The notes: a model not told the origin generated them from the sequence alone. Positions 1 to 10,440 are shown, counted from the stretch's first letter. The stretch: DNA of 64,000 nucleotides from Roseibacillus sp. (GCA_051251855.1 JBPOGI010000004.1:96001-160000); one strand, 5' to 3'. Numbers and translations: made by a program.

Positions 1-149
1 GAGTTGGAGTTCTAACGAACTCCATCGCCTATTTCTTGCAGTCCAGCTACTCTAAAATGCCTTACGGAACGCTAAACTCCCTTGGACTCCAACGTAGGGA
101 AAACAAATTTTGAATTGCTACCTCGACTCCACCTTTACAAAGTCGACGA

Positions 150-557
150 GTGAAACTCTTACTCTGGTTAGCAATTGGCTTTCTTCTCTTCGGGATGCTC
201 TGCCTGCTAGAGAGAGACTCTGGGCTGGAATTCTACCTGAACGACGGCCAAGCATCGCTCTTTGTTGCTTTAGCCGTTCTCGCCGGATCCTCCCTCATCT
301 CCGTCTGTTCTCTCTCTCCGTCCAACGATTCTGAACTCTATCGAGCCTTTTGCAAAGTCACCGCCGAACTCGAAGAGGGTCCTCTCACTAGAGAGGAACT
401 TGGAGTCAAAATCGTGAGTAGGCACGACAGCACAGGCTTCGAAAGCCAAGGCCACATCGAAACCACTTTTTCCGAAACTCAACTCGTGGTACTGGAACGC
501 CTCATCTATGAAGGGAAAATCATTGAGCGCAACGGCAAGCTCAGCCTTCCAAGCTAA
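150..557 (+). CDS. Hypothetical membrane protein
   Basis: 135-aa ORF (GTG start) with two hydrophobic N-terminal segments; co-oriented with and 59 bp before the next gene. Confidence 0.55.
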   Translation: MKLLLWLAIGFLLFGMLCLLERDSGLEFYLNDGQASLFVALAVLAGSSLISVCSLSPSNDSELYRAFCKVTAELEEGPLTREELGVKIVSRHDSTGFESQGHIETTFSETQLVVLERLIYEGKIIERNGKLSLPS

Positions 558-616
558 CCCCCCTTTCAAAGACTTCCTCCTTTCGGCCAGCTACTTTCCT
601 AGATAGAACGACGCTC

Positions 617-2611
617 ATGCGACTCCTTGGATACCTTCTCGCAGCGGTCACTCTTCCAGCCCAAACGGAATTGGAAGAAACCGTCGTCATCGCTGAGCGT
701 CTCCCAAGCAGTTGGCTGGCTCCCAACTTTGACGACTCCGCCATTTCGCAACGAAATCCTCTCTCAGTCGACCAACTCCTGTTAGAAGACCCGGCCGTCT
801 CACTCTTTCGGCGTCAAGACGCCACCTTCGCCAACCCCACCGCAGCAGGCGTCTCACTCCGCAGAACCGGAGCCACCGCCACCGCCCGCACCCTCGTGCT
901 CCGCGACGGCATCCCCCAGAACGACCCCTTTGGAGGCTGGATCTCGTGGATGCGCTATCGACCTTCCCTATTTGACTCCATTCGCATCGTCCCTTCCGCC
1001 AACGCCACCGCTTGGGGAAACCAATCCACCTCGGGAACGATTCAGCTCAGCAGTCGTGACCCATGGACTCCCTTTCACGAACTCAGCACCACCCTCGGTT
1101 CACGCGAAACCTGGGCCCTCGAAACTACCCACAACTTCTCTAACAACGACCAAACCATTGCGCTTCAGGTTAACGCCTTCACCTTCCAAAGCGATGGTCA
1201 TCATCCCCTAGCATCCAATCAACGAGGAGCCATCGATCGCACCCTCTCAGTTGAGGCCAGCGGCATCGACCTCCGCACCACCTGGCGACCGCAAGAAGAC
1301 TTCCAACTCGAAGCCACCCTCTCAGCCTTCCAAGAAGAGCGCGGCAATGGCTCCGACCTCACCAACAACGCGACCGACGCCCTCGACTTCTCCCTGCGAG
1401 CCACGTGGGAAACGCCCACCGTCACACACCAAGCGACCGGCTACTACCAACAACGCGACTTTGCAGCCGTTTTCACATCGCAAGCGGCAGACCGCAGCAG
1501 CGAAAGCATTGCCCTCGACCAATTCGACGTCCCCGGCACCGGGATCGGAGGCTCCTTCAGCAGCCGGTTTTCTGCTTGGGAAAATCTCACCCTCACTTTG
1601 GGCCTCGACGCCCGCCACCTCGATGGCGAAACCAATGAACGCGTCGCCTTTGACAACCGCATTCGCACTGCCGGCGGCACCCAAACCTTCTTAGGAGCCT
1701 TCCTGCAAGCCTCCACCACCCTTCCTTCCGACATCGAACTCGATGCCTCAGCTCGCCTCGACTACTACCAATCCCGCGACGGCATTCTGCGCGAAGTCCG
1801 CACCGACGGCACCTTTCGCACCAACGATTCTTACCCTGACCAAGAGTCTTGGGAGCCTTCCTTCGGCCTCACCTTAGGCAAACAAACCACTGACACCCTT
1901 CACCTCTCTGCGGGACTTTCCTCATCATTCCGCGCTCCCACTCTCAACGAACTCTATCGCGGCTTCCGTGTGCGCAACGACATCACCAACGCCAACCCCG
2001 ATCTCGATCCCGAGCGCTTCTACTCTGCCGAACTCACTGCCACCTATACTCCCTCCCAGACAACTGAGTGGAGCAACACCCTCTTTGCCCACCACATCTC
2101 CGACGCTATCGCCAACGTTCCTCTCACCATCGCTCCCACCGGCACCACAGCTCAAAGACTGAATGTCGATTCTGCTCGGGTCTATGGTCTTGAATCCCGC
2201 TTCCACTACCAGCCCTGCGACACCTTCCAAGCCACCCTCTCCTACCAATTCACCGAAACCGAATTTACCGACTCCGACCGGCAACCTCTCCTCGAAGGAG
2301 AGCCCTTCCCACACTCCCCCCGCCACAAAGCCGTCGCCTCCCTCAGTTGGCAAGCAGCCTCCTATCTCGCCTTAGGAGCGAGCACCACCTACTCCAGCAG
2401 CGCCTACGACGATGCCCTCGCCACCCGAAAGCTTGATAACTACTGGACCTCTAGTATCTCCGCCCAATATCATGCCACCGAACACCTCACCCTCATTGGA
2501 CGCATCGATAACCTCTTCGACCAAGACATCGAAACAGGCCTCGCCTCCAACGAACTCCTCTCCCTCGCCACTCCACGCACCTTCCTCCTCACCGCCCGCT
2601 ATCGCTGGTAA
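617..2611 (+). CDS. TonB-dependent outer-membrane receptor
   Basis: Signal peptide, TonB-box-like EETVVIA, plug motif RTLVLRDGIPQND, FRAPTLNELY, NPDLDPE, C-terminal IDNLFD...PRTFLLTARYRW. Confidence 0.9.
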   Translation: MRLLGYLLAAVTLPAQTELEETVVIAERLPSSWLAPNFDDSAISQRNPLSVDQLLLEDPAVSLFRRQDATFANPTAAGVSLRRTGATATARTLVLRDGIPQNDPFGGWISWMRYRPSLFDSIRIVPSANATAWGNQSTSGTIQLSSRDPWTPFHELSTTLGSRETWALETTHNFSNNDQTIALQVNAFTFQSDGHHPLASNQRGAIDRTLSVEASGIDLRTTWRPQEDFQLEATLSAFQEERGNGSDLTNNATDALDFSLRATWETPTVTHQATGYYQQRDFAAVFTSQAADRSSESIALDQFDVPGTGIGGSFSSRFSAWENLTLTLGLDARHLDGETNERVAFDNRIRTAGGTQTFLGAFLQASTTLPSDIELDASARLDYYQSRDGILREVRTDGTFRTNDSYPDQESWEPSFGLTLGKQTTDTLHLSAGLSSSFRAPTLNELYRGFRVRNDITNANPDLDPERFYSAELTATYTPSQTTEWSNTLFAHHISDAIANVPLTIAPTGTTAQRLNVDSARVYGLESRFHYQPCDTFQATLSYQFTETEFTDSDRQPLLEGEPFPHSPRHKAVASLSWQAASYLALGASTTYSSSAYDDALATRKLDNYWTSSISAQYHATEHLTLIGRIDNLFDQDIETGLASNELLSLATPRTFLLTARYRW

Positions 2612-2617
2612 ACCGAC

Positions 2618-3586
2618 CTAAGGCAGCTTCTGCTCAAAGAGCCACTCCCAAACTTCGGGGTCTTTCGCGAGCTTCCAGTGAATCCCATTGTGATCAGCAT
2701 CGGGCAAGATAGTCGCGCGAAACTCGATTCCATCTTCCTGAAACTTCCCCTGCAAATTCTCCACATTAGAGCTATCTCGGTCTTTCGAGTAATAACTCCA
2801 CATCGGAGTCTTGGTCTGACCCACCCACGAATCCTTAGGTCCTCCATCCGCAAAAACAGCACCCGCATAAAGAGTCGGCCGCCGCTCGATCAACTTCCCG
2901 ATCCCCTGTCCGCCCATCGAGTAGCCACAAAGGTAAATGCGGTCCCGGTCAATTGGCAGGCTGTTTACCAAATCATCGATAAGCGCCTCTAGCTTCGTCA
3001 AAATGACATCCTTGGTCCAAGTCATCGGCTCAGGAGGACAGGTCGGCACCAACACCACACAAGGATAATCCTCATACCAATCACTCTTCGTGATCGTCTG
3101 TGGCGCAATCTCCACCTTACCGGCCTCTACCGAATCCGCACGCGCACTCGCACCATGAAGATTCACAAAGAGCGGCACCACCGGACCGGCTTTCTTTCTC
3201 GTCACTTCTTTCCCAATAAAAAGCTGATGCACCATCCCATGCTTCGCTTCATCACCCAAGACCCACTCACCCTTTACCGCATCCGCATAAGGACCTTCCT
3301 CGAAACCTCCACTCCTTGCCTCATCTTTTTCGGCCAGCGCCTTCTCCGCCTCCTGCTTCGCGACCAACTCCGTAACGAGCTTCTGATCCTCCTCTGACAA
3401 AAGCCGAACCGGCACCTTTACCGGCCGCCCATTCTTCTCCACTACGATTTGCTCTGCCGAAAGCTCAACCAGCTTCCCTTCCAAAGGCCGTCCATCCGCC
3501 GAGGTCCACGTGCGGGTTTCCCCCACTTGACCCCAGCTATCCATACCACTAACAAGGAGAAAAATCGCCGGTAAGAGTGCTTTCAT
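2618..3586 (-). CDS. Secreted SHD1-domain alpha/beta hydrolase (esterase/peptidase)
   Basis: Signal peptide; SHD1-like RTWTSADGRPLEGKLV...LSEEDQKLV; LHGA, IDRDRIYLCGYSMGG nucleophile elbow, C-terminal His (DADH). Confidence 0.8.
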   Translation of the reverse strand: MKALLPAIFLLVSGMDSWGQVGETRTWTSADGRPLEGKLVELSAEQIVVEKNGRPVKVPVRLLSEEDQKLVTELVAKQEAEKALAEKDEARSGGFEEGPYADAVKGEWVLGDEAKHGMVHQLFIGKEVTRKKAGPVVPLFVNLHGASARADSVEAGKVEIAPQTITKSDWYEDYPCVVLVPTCPPEPMTWTKDVILTKLEALIDDLVNSLPIDRDRIYLCGYSMGGQGIGKLIERRPTLYAGAVFADGGPKDSWVGQTKTPMWSYYSKDRDSSNVENLQGKFQEDGIEFRATILPDADHNGIHWKLAKDPEVWEWLFEQKLP

Positions 3587-3684
3587 AACAAAGAGTTAAC
3601 GCAAAACCTTTTCCCTTGGGAGCAAAATGGCCCTCATTTTTTCGTTCACCCCTCACCCTGCTATCGAATACCCTTCCACGGCCT

Positions 3685-4488
3685 ATGAGATTTCTCTCTC
3701 TTCTCACTCTCCTTCCATACTCTCTCTTTGCCGAACCCATCTTCCAAGAGAAAGGAGGCATCGTCGCCATCGAAGCCGAATCCACCTCCTCTCGCCTTGG
3801 CAAATGGGAAAAGAAAACAGACGTCGCCGACTTCATGGGCGAATGCCACCTCGAGTTCACCGGAAACAAGACCATCAGCGGCCCACCCGAATCTCCACTC
3901 AAATACGAATTCACCATCAGAAAAGGTGGCGTCTATCAGCTCACCTTACGAGCTCGCAAACGCCTGGAAACAAAACGCGAAGACATCTCCAACGATTGCT
4001 ATGTCGCCGTGAAGGGCGACTACGAGTCGGGTGGAGAAGCTCCCCTCAAAGTCCTCAAAGACGACACCAAAATGTTTGGAGGCAAAGCCGACAGCTGGGG
4101 CTGGACCAAACAACTCGACGTTTCCCACAAGAAATATGAAGCCAAATACCATTTCAAAGAAGGCGAAACCTACGAACTCATCATCCACGGTCGCTCCAAG
4201 AACTTTAACATCGACCGCATCCTCTTCGTGCACGAAGACGAAGGACTGCGTGGCGCCCAAGATAAGAACCCCAAAGAAAGCGCGCAAGTAGGAGGCAAGG
4301 CTCACTCAAAAATCACGCCCCCCACCGAACGCCTCCTCACCAACAAAGAAGGAAAAACCGTCCTCGCCAAACTCATCTCCAAAGACGGCGATAAGCTCAC
4401 CGTCATCATCAAAGGCCGCAGCCACGAACTCAAAATCTCCGACCTCTCCAACGACGACCAAGAGTTCCTCACCGAGTGGCAACCCTAA
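3685..4488 (+). CDS. Secreted protein, beta-sandwich (CBM-like) domain plus C-terminal SHD1-like domain
   Basis: ATG at 3685 gives signal peptide MRFLSLLTLLPYSLFA; IVAIEAES and FNIDRILF motifs; C-terminal LTNKEGKTVLAKL...LSNDDQEFL. Confidence 0.65.
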   Translation: MRFLSLLTLLPYSLFAEPIFQEKGGIVAIEAESTSSRLGKWEKKTDVADFMGECHLEFTGNKTISGPPESPLKYEFTIRKGGVYQLTLRARKRLETKREDISNDCYVAVKGDYESGGEAPLKVLKDDTKMFGGKADSWGWTKQLDVSHKKYEAKYHFKEGETYELIIHGRSKNFNIDRILFVHEDEGLRGAQDKNPKESAQVGGKAHSKITPPTERLLTNKEGKTVLAKLISKDGDKLTVIIKGRSHELKISDLSNDDQEFLTEWQP

Positions 4489-4518
4489 TCCAGAAACGTC
4501 CACTAGGAGTAACTCCCC

Positions 4519-7500
4519 CTACCCCTCCTTCAAACTCCCCAGGTAATCAATCAGCGAGTTGAACTGTTCCACAGTAAGATTCCCACCCAGCCCCGCAGGC
4601 ATCATCGACTGGGGCTGCTCCACACGGCTCTCGATATCCTCCTCCTTTAGGGTTGTCACCACTCCGCCGATATTACGCACATCTACTTGCCCATCTTCTT
4701 CACGGGTCACAAAGCCCATGTGAACGGTGCCATCGTTCATCGTCACCAGCTGAGTCCGAAATCCCTGCGACACCGTGGCCTCCGGAGCCAGAATCGATTC
4801 CACCAAATAGTCCCGCGTAAACTTACTCCCCGCCGAACCAAGATAAGGCCCTTTCTGCACTTCATCCAGACTCACCGCATGACAACTTGCACAAGCTTGT
4901 TGGGTGAAGAGCGCCTTCCCCGCGGCCAGGTCACCCTTGCCTTCTCCCGCCATAATTTGTGCCGTCACCTTTGCCGCATCCAGAGTCATCACCATCGCAC
5001 CCTCACTCGCCGCAGCCGCCCCGGCAATAGCATCGCGCGCCGCCGTAGCCGCTTCAATGAGAGCCGTATTATCCCCTTCCATTGCATGGGCGATTGGCCC
5101 CTCAAAGCCCGTCAACTTCATCTCTGCCAAAGCATGAAAATATCCCAGTGCCCGCGGATTATCGAGAGCCATCGCCTTCGCATTTTCGGCGTAGCGCGCT
5201 TTAATCAGCGGGCTACGCGAGAAAGTAAGAATCGCTTTCCAAGCAATCCGACTGACTTCTGGTTCCGCTTGCTGACCAAGCTTCTTCAAGTCCTGCAAAC
5301 GAAGAATGAGAGCAGGCGCATTAATGAACTCATTGGTCTCACGTTCAGCCTCATCCTTCAACGAGTCATCTTGCGACCAAGCAGCCAAAACTTCTAACTG
5401 CTTGCTCAGCGCAGACATCTCTTCCGAACGAGAGAGCGCTCGGTAGCAAGCAAGACGCTGCTTCCACTTTCTCTTAGAATCGAGAGCGGCTTTCACCAAA
5501 ATTTCAATCTGTCCCTCACTCGCCGATTGCGCCCCCAAGGCCATCAAGACCGGATCAAGCCCGCCCAAATCCATTTTCGTAACGTCCAATCGATTCGCTG
5601 CCAAGAGAGTCAAAGCCTTCTCTCGGTCCTCCTCTTTCAACTTCGCAAATGCCGCCTCAAGCGACTTGATCGCATGCTTACTTTCGTCCCAGCGCACGAG
5701 AGAGAAATACGGCCCTCGGTCATCGGGACGTGTCCCCCACCAAGCCTTCTCATCCCACGCCCCCTCGCGATGAACCAACCGAGCGAGCACCGCCATCACC
5801 TCCAATCGCAATGTGTGGTCATCACCCGCTTGCACAAGAATCTCCTCCAATCCCAAGACTGCCGTTTTGGTATGCATTCGCTTGAGAGCAGCCAAGGCAA
5901 TCCCTCGCGTCTTCGAATCCATCACTGCATCTAAACATGCTTGGTCAGCTCGGGTCACTTGTTCCGCCTTGTCTGCATCGGCGACTTTATCCGCTTTATC
6001 TGCGGCCGCCTTGGCCGCCTTGGCCGCTCTATCCGCTTTAGCTTGTAGAATCCCCAAGACCTCCACCGCCGTATGCGGAAAACGATAGTCTTGATTCCCC
6101 TCGAGCTTACTCAAACCATTGAAACTCTCTGCCGCCGACTTGATGAGCTCCGAAGCCATCTCCACTCGCTGTCCCCGCTCAATCAGAATCGCCGCCTGCA
6201 ACCGAACTCGAGGATCAGCATCATTCAACAAGGCCACCAAACGCTCCTCAGAAATATCAGCCACCTTGCCCCGGTAATCACCCAAAGCTCGCACCGCAAA
6301 CTCTCGCACCCGCTCATCTTCCAACAGCGCAATCAAATCCGAATCCGCCTCCTTCTGATAGATTTGCTTCAGCGCAAAAATAGCCGCCACCTTCCCATAG
6401 AGAGGTGCCTCTCCTTGAATCAACGCCACCAACTCCTCCTTCACATTCGCCTTCTTTCCCCTACGCACCAAAATCTGCTGAGCCTCCAAACGCCGTACCG
6501 CACTGCGATGCGCCAACTGCGCCACCAGGTCCCCATCCCCCTTCGCGTTCAAGTCCGGCCACGGCTCCGCTTGATAGCCCTTGGGAACAACTCGATGAAT
6601 CAGTCCAATCTTCTTCCCCTCACCTGCGAAGACGAAGCGACCACCCCGCCAGTCAGCCGTATACAGACGCGACTCACCATCGACATCAATATCAGTCGCA
6701 CGCGTCAGATTCATCCACTCTTCCTGCTTCACCTCATAAGTCGCCTCAAAAGGCTTCATCGCATGGTGGTAAATTTTTCCCGTGGTCCAATCGCACGTAT
6801 AAAGCATATCGCCAAAGTCTCCAGGGAAGCCCGGCTCATGAAGATAGAGAGCCCCCGTCCCACTCCCGCCACCCAAATCTAACAAAGGCTTCACCGCTTC
6901 CTCTTTAAAATTCTTATAGAGTCGCGGATAACCATGATTGGAAAGATTACTCTGGTGGTGAACTCGAGTATTCCACCCTTTACCGTCGTTCGTATTGTCC
7001 CGAACAAAATGGTCCAGGTAAGGACTCATCGCCACATCACATTGATTACGGGTATAATAGGAGTAAACCTCCAACCCCGTGCCATCGGGACGCACCCGAG
7101 CGACGCCACCGCCATAGAGAGTCACCTTCTTACCATCGGTTCCCGTCGACGAACTCATTCCAAAGTCCCCCACCGCGATATAGAGCCAACCATCAATCCC
7201 CATCCGAACCGCGTTCGTGGTATGGTCCCCTCCACGAGTCCCCTGCATGCTGGAACCAAAGCCATCGACCAACTGCTTTGATTTATCCGCCACCCCATCC
7301 CCATCTTCGTCCCAGAAAACACTGAGATAAGGAGGATGAATGAGGTAAAACTTGCCATCCACCATGTGACCGCCCCGAGGCGACTCGACGTACGGGATAA
7401 AGTCCCAGAACTTGTCCGCCTTGCCATCGCCACTCTCATCGCGACAGGCCACCACACGGCCCGTGAACCGCCGCCCGATCGATCCATCGGGATCCACCGA

Positions 7501-7785
7501 AACATAAACCGTCCCATCCGGCCCCGCCGCTAAAGCAGCCGGATACTCCACCTCAAAGGGTTCTGCAAAAACCGTCAGCTCGAAACCATCGACCAACACT
7601 TTACCCGGCAGCGCAGGCACTTCTTTTTTCGGCTCCTTTTTCTTACCCTTCCCCTTCTCTTTCTCTTTCTCTTTCTTCTCCTCTTTTTCAGGAGCAGCCG
7701 GCTCTTTTTTCGCAGGAGCAGCCGTTGAAAGCAGGGAAAGGCCTGAAAAGGCGAAAATCGTCAGAAGCAGAGGTGTTTTCATCAA
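4519..7785 (-). CDS. PVC-type membrane-bound dehydrogenase-like protein (beta-propeller, HEAT repeats, cytochrome c)
   Basis: DGKAD/DGVAD, MGIDGWLYIAVGD propeller motifs; HEAT-like LLNDADPRVRLQAA; heme motif CASCH, GPYL, SMMPAGL. Confidence 0.85.
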   Translation of the reverse strand: MMKTPLLLTIFAFSGLSLLSTAAPAKKEPAAPEKEEKKEKEKEKGKGKKKEPKKEVPALPGKVLVDGFELTVFAEPFEVEYPAALAAGPDGTVYVSVDPDGSIGRRFTGRVVACRDESGDGKADKFWDFIPYVESPRGGHMVDGKFYLIHPPYLSVFWDEDGDGVADKSKQLVDGFGSSMQGTRGGDHTTNAVRMGIDGWLYIAVGDFGMSSSTGTDGKKVTLYGGGVARVRPDGTGLEVYSYYTRNQCDVAMSPYLDHFVRDNTNDGKGWNTRVHHQSNLSNHGYPRLYKNFKEEAVKPLLDLGGGSGTGALYLHEPGFPGDFGDMLYTCDWTTGKIYHHAMKPFEATYEVKQEEWMNLTRATDIDVDGESRLYTADWRGGRFVFAGEGKKIGLIHRVVPKGYQAEPWPDLNAKGDGDLVAQLAHRSAVRRLEAQQILVRRGKKANVKEELVALIQGEAPLYGKVAAIFALKQIYQKEADSDLIALLEDERVREFAVRALGDYRGKVADISEERLVALLNDADPRVRLQAAILIERGQRVEMASELIKSAAESFNGLSKLEGNQDYRFPHTAVEVLGILQAKADRAAKAAKAAADKADKVADADKAEQVTRADQACLDAVMDSKTRGIALAALKRMHTKTAVLGLEEILVQAGDDHTLRLEVMAVLARLVHREGAWDEKAWWGTRPDDRGPYFSLVRWDESKHAIKSLEAAFAKLKEEDREKALTLLAANRLDVTKMDLGGLDPVLMALGAQSASEGQIEILVKAALDSKRKWKQRLACYRALSRSEEMSALSKQLEVLAAWSQDDSLKDEAERETNEFINAPALILRLQDLKKLGQQAEPEVSRIAWKAILTFSRSPLIKARYAENAKAMALDNPRALGYFHALAEMKLTGFEGPIAHAMEGDNTALIEAATAARDAIAGAAAASEGAMVMTLDAAKVTAQIMAGEGKGDLAAGKALFTQQACASCHAVSLDEVQKGPYLGSAGSKFTRDYLVESILAPEATVSQGFRTQLVTMNDGTVHMGFVTREEDGQVDVRNIGGVVTTLKEEDIESRVEQPQSMMPAGLGGNLTVEQFNSLIDYLGSLKEG

Positions 7786-7869
7786 AAGGAGCCCCCATTA
7801 CGCGCACAGGAAAACCTGTCTATCAAACCCCTTTTCATAGTCAGGGACAGCCTTCAGCATTTTCTGCAA

Positions 7870-8784
7870 ATGAAGAAAGCTTTCCTCCTCGGCGCCGGTC
7901 TCGGAACCCGCCTCCAGCCCATGACCAACACCGTGCCCAAGCCCTTGGTGCCCGTCTTTCACCGCCCCATGGCCACCCACGCCCTCGATCACCTCCTCAC
8001 CGCCGGAATCACCGAGGTCGCCATCAATACCCATCACCTGCACGAAGAATGGAACCGCGCCTTCCCCGACGGCCACTATCGCGGCATCAACCTCCACTTT
8101 TTCCATGAAAAAGACCTCCTCGAGACCGGCGGCGGTATCAAAAACATCGCCTCCTTCATCGGGACCGACCCCATCCTCGTCTACAACGGCGACATCCTCA
8201 CCAACATCGCGATCGACCAACTCATCGCCGCTCATCTCGCCTCTCAAAATACCGCCACCCTCGCCGTGCGCAGCGAAGGCCCTGCCACCCATCTCGCCGT
8301 CTCCAACAACCAAGTGACCGACATCCGCAACAAACTCGGCGTCGCCGAGGGCACCCATCAGTTCACCGGAATCTACTGCATCGACGCCTCCATCCTCGAC
8401 CGCATTCCCGCCGACGAAAAAGTTTCCATCATCCCCGGCTTTCTCGACTTAGCCAAAGAGCAAAAGCTCGGAGCCTTCCACGCCGACCAAGGCCACTGGC
8501 TCGACCTCGGCACCCGCGATGCTTACCTCGAAACTCACGGCATCGGCGGCGCTCTCGAAACCGGACACGACATCCCCCGTGTTCACGAAACCGCCACCGT
8601 CGGCGAAGGCGCCACCATCACCAACTCCTGGGTCGGCCCTCACTGTCAAGTCGGCCCCAACGCCAGCCTCACCGACACCATCCTCTGGCCCAACACCACC
8701 GTCGAAGCAGGAGCCAACCTCACCACCTGCATCGTCCACACCCCCACCCCAGCGTCAGGCACCCACCAAGACGCCGATCTCTAA
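7870..8784 (+). CDS. Sugar-phosphate nucleotidyltransferase (NDP-sugar pyrophosphorylase family)
   Basis: AFLLGAGLGTRLQPMT..VPKPLVP, LETGGGI, NGDI, WLDLGT; short left-handed beta-helix at C-terminus. Confidence 0.9.
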   Translation: MKKAFLLGAGLGTRLQPMTNTVPKPLVPVFHRPMATHALDHLLTAGITEVAINTHHLHEEWNRAFPDGHYRGINLHFFHEKDLLETGGGIKNIASFIGTDPILVYNGDILTNIAIDQLIAAHLASQNTATLAVRSEGPATHLAVSNNQVTDIRNKLGVAEGTHQFTGIYCIDASILDRIPADEKVSIIPGFLDLAKEQKLGAFHADQGHWLDLGTRDAYLETHGIGGALETGHDIPRVHETATVGEGATITNSWVGPHCQVGPNASLTDTILWPNTTVEAGANLTTCIVHTPTPASGTHQDADL

Positions 8785-8893
8785 CGGAGCACGGACATTC
8801 CTGTCCGTGAATCTATCCCACGGACAGGCGACCTTTACTGTCGCCCCCACCGGACCGTCAAAACCCCGGCGGCAATAAAGGCCGCCGCTCCAT
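8785..8893. repeat. REP-like palindromic cluster, copy A
   Basis: CACGGACA-ttcc-TGTCCGTG hairpin, GGCGAC-ctttact-GTCGCC hairpin, then inverted unit ggcggcaataaaggccgccgctcc. Confidence 0.85.
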
Positions 8894-8915
8894 CACTCCA
8901 CCCTCCTCCTCATTT

Positions 8916-9044
8916 GTCCCAGCGGGACAGCCAGAAGGTAGCCCCGCGGAAGCACCTCGGGGATCCCCCGCAACAAGAAAAACAAGAGCAAGCGTGCGAT
9001 CCCAATTCCATCAACAACCCACCCGCAGCGACCCGAAAAACCCG
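8916..9044. repeat. ~130-bp non-coding element, copy 1
   Basis: gtcccagcgggacagccagaagg...cccacccgcagcgacccg; aligns with 11596-11739; partial copy at about 9816-9847. Confidence 0.8.
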
Positions 9045-9165
9045 ACCTCCTCGAAAATCTCCCTTAAACGCCAAAACCCTTCCCTCACGCCGAACCTCCT
9101 TTAGAAACAATTCTGTAAGATCCTCGCGACCATCAAGGTTACCTGTTGTGTAGTAATAATCATTG

Positions 9166-9681
9166 ATGAAATCTATCGTTTCTCTTGTCGCCACCATCTT
9201 GCTCTCAACTCCTTTGTTAGCTCAGGACCAGAAACCGACCATCGTTGGCTACATCGAGAACATTTCTATCACAGAACTCGACCTTGCGATGAAAGCCAAG
9301 CTCGACTCTGGAGCCACCACCTCCTCAATCAATGCCTTGATTTTGGAACAGCCTCTCCCTGCTCAAAACACCGAAGACCAATACATCGTCTTCTCTATCA
9401 AAACCGAACATGGCTCTTCCCCCAAAATCCGCAAAAAGATTTCTCGTTGGGTCAAAATCAAAAAGAAGTTAGGCGGCCATATTTTGCGGCCCACCGTGAT
9501 GATGGAATTTCAGATCGCCGGCAAGACCATCAAAGAAGAGGTCAACCTCGCCAATCGCGACCCCTTTACCTACGACGTCTTAATCGGACGCAATATGCTC
9601 ACCAAAGGAAAGTTCCTGATAGACTCCTCTCAGACCTTCACCGTCAAGCCGCCCCTGCTTACCTTGAACGATAAAAACTGA
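9166..9681 (+). CDS. Secreted retropepsin-like aspartic protease ('putative ATP-dependent Zn protease'/RimB-like family), paralog 1
   Basis: Signal peptide (LLA|QD); AKLDSGATTSS, RPTV, EVNLANR, VLIGRNML. Confidence 0.85.
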   Translation: MKSIVSLVATILLSTPLLAQDQKPTIVGYIENISITELDLAMKAKLDSGATTSSINALILEQPLPAQNTEDQYIVFSIKTEHGSSPKIRKKISRWVKIKKKLGGHILRPTVMMEFQIAGKTIKEEVNLANRDPFTYDVLIGRNMLTKGKFLIDSSQTFTVKPPLLTLNDKN

Positions 9682-9746
9682 TCAAAGGATCGCGAGGCTC
9701 CAGCTCGGCTCCTCCAACAAAGCCGGAGCCCCCACTGCAATCGTTA

Positions 9747-9807
9747 CGGAGAAGCGACCTTTACTGCCGCCTACTACAACCCCAGCGGCAACAAAAGTCA
9801 GCATTCC
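9747..9807. repeat. REP-like doublet, degenerate copy B
   Basis: cggagaagcgacctttactgccgcc...cagcggcaacaaaagtcagcattcc. Confidence 0.7.
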
Positions 9808-9903
9808 CCAATCCTCATTCAAAACTCCTTCCCCCAGCGAGACAGCCATCCTGTCAAAGCCTCGTGTTTACAAGCCTTCGTCGAGTGGACCTAATAGTCG
9901 CTG

Positions 9904-10419
9904 ATGAAATCGATTGCAGCCCTCGTCGTCACCCTCTTGCTTTCCGCACTCTTGTCAGCGCAGGACGAGAAACCAATCACCGTGGGCTTCGTCGAAAACA
10001 TCTCCGTCACCGAAATCGACTTTGTGGTCAAAGCAAAGCTCGATACCGGAGCCACCACCTCTTCAGTCAATGCCGTTATCATAGAAGAAAACCCACCTGA
10101 TGCGAAGCTGAAGGACCGATATGTGATCTTCTCCATCAAAACCAAAGACGGCCTCTCTCCCCCCATCCGCAAAAAGGTGGTTCGTTGGGTAAAAATCAAA
10201 AAGAAGGAGGGTGGATTCATTCGACGTCCCACCGTAAGAATGAAATTTTGCATCGCCGGCAAGATGGTCGAAGAAGAAGTCAACCTCGCCGATCGCGACC
10301 CCTTCATCTACGACCTTTTAATCGGGCGTAATATGCTCAAAGAGGGTCGCCTGGTCGTCGACTCCTCCCTCACCTTCACCGCCAAGCCAATCCCAGCGGT
10401 CCTGAAGGAAAAAGACTGA
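9904..10419 (+). CDS. Secreted retropepsin-like aspartic protease, paralog 2
   Basis: Signal peptide (LSA|QD); AKLDTGATTSS, RRPTV, EVNLADR, LLIGRNML; collinear with 9166-9681. Confidence 0.85.
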   Translation: MKSIAALVVTLLLSALLSAQDEKPITVGFVENISVTEIDFVVKAKLDTGATTSSVNAVIIEENPPDAKLKDRYVIFSIKTKDGLSPPIRKKVVRWVKIKKKEGGFIRRPTVRMKFCIAGKMVEEEVNLADRDPFIYDLLIGRNMLKEGRLVVDSSLTFTAKPIPAVLKEKD

Positions 10420-10440
10420 AGACGCCCCCGCCATCGTCAC

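Noticed and set aside
5..24. Hairpin tggagttc-taac-gaactcca
   Set aside because: At the window edge, no U-tract, no context to assign a function
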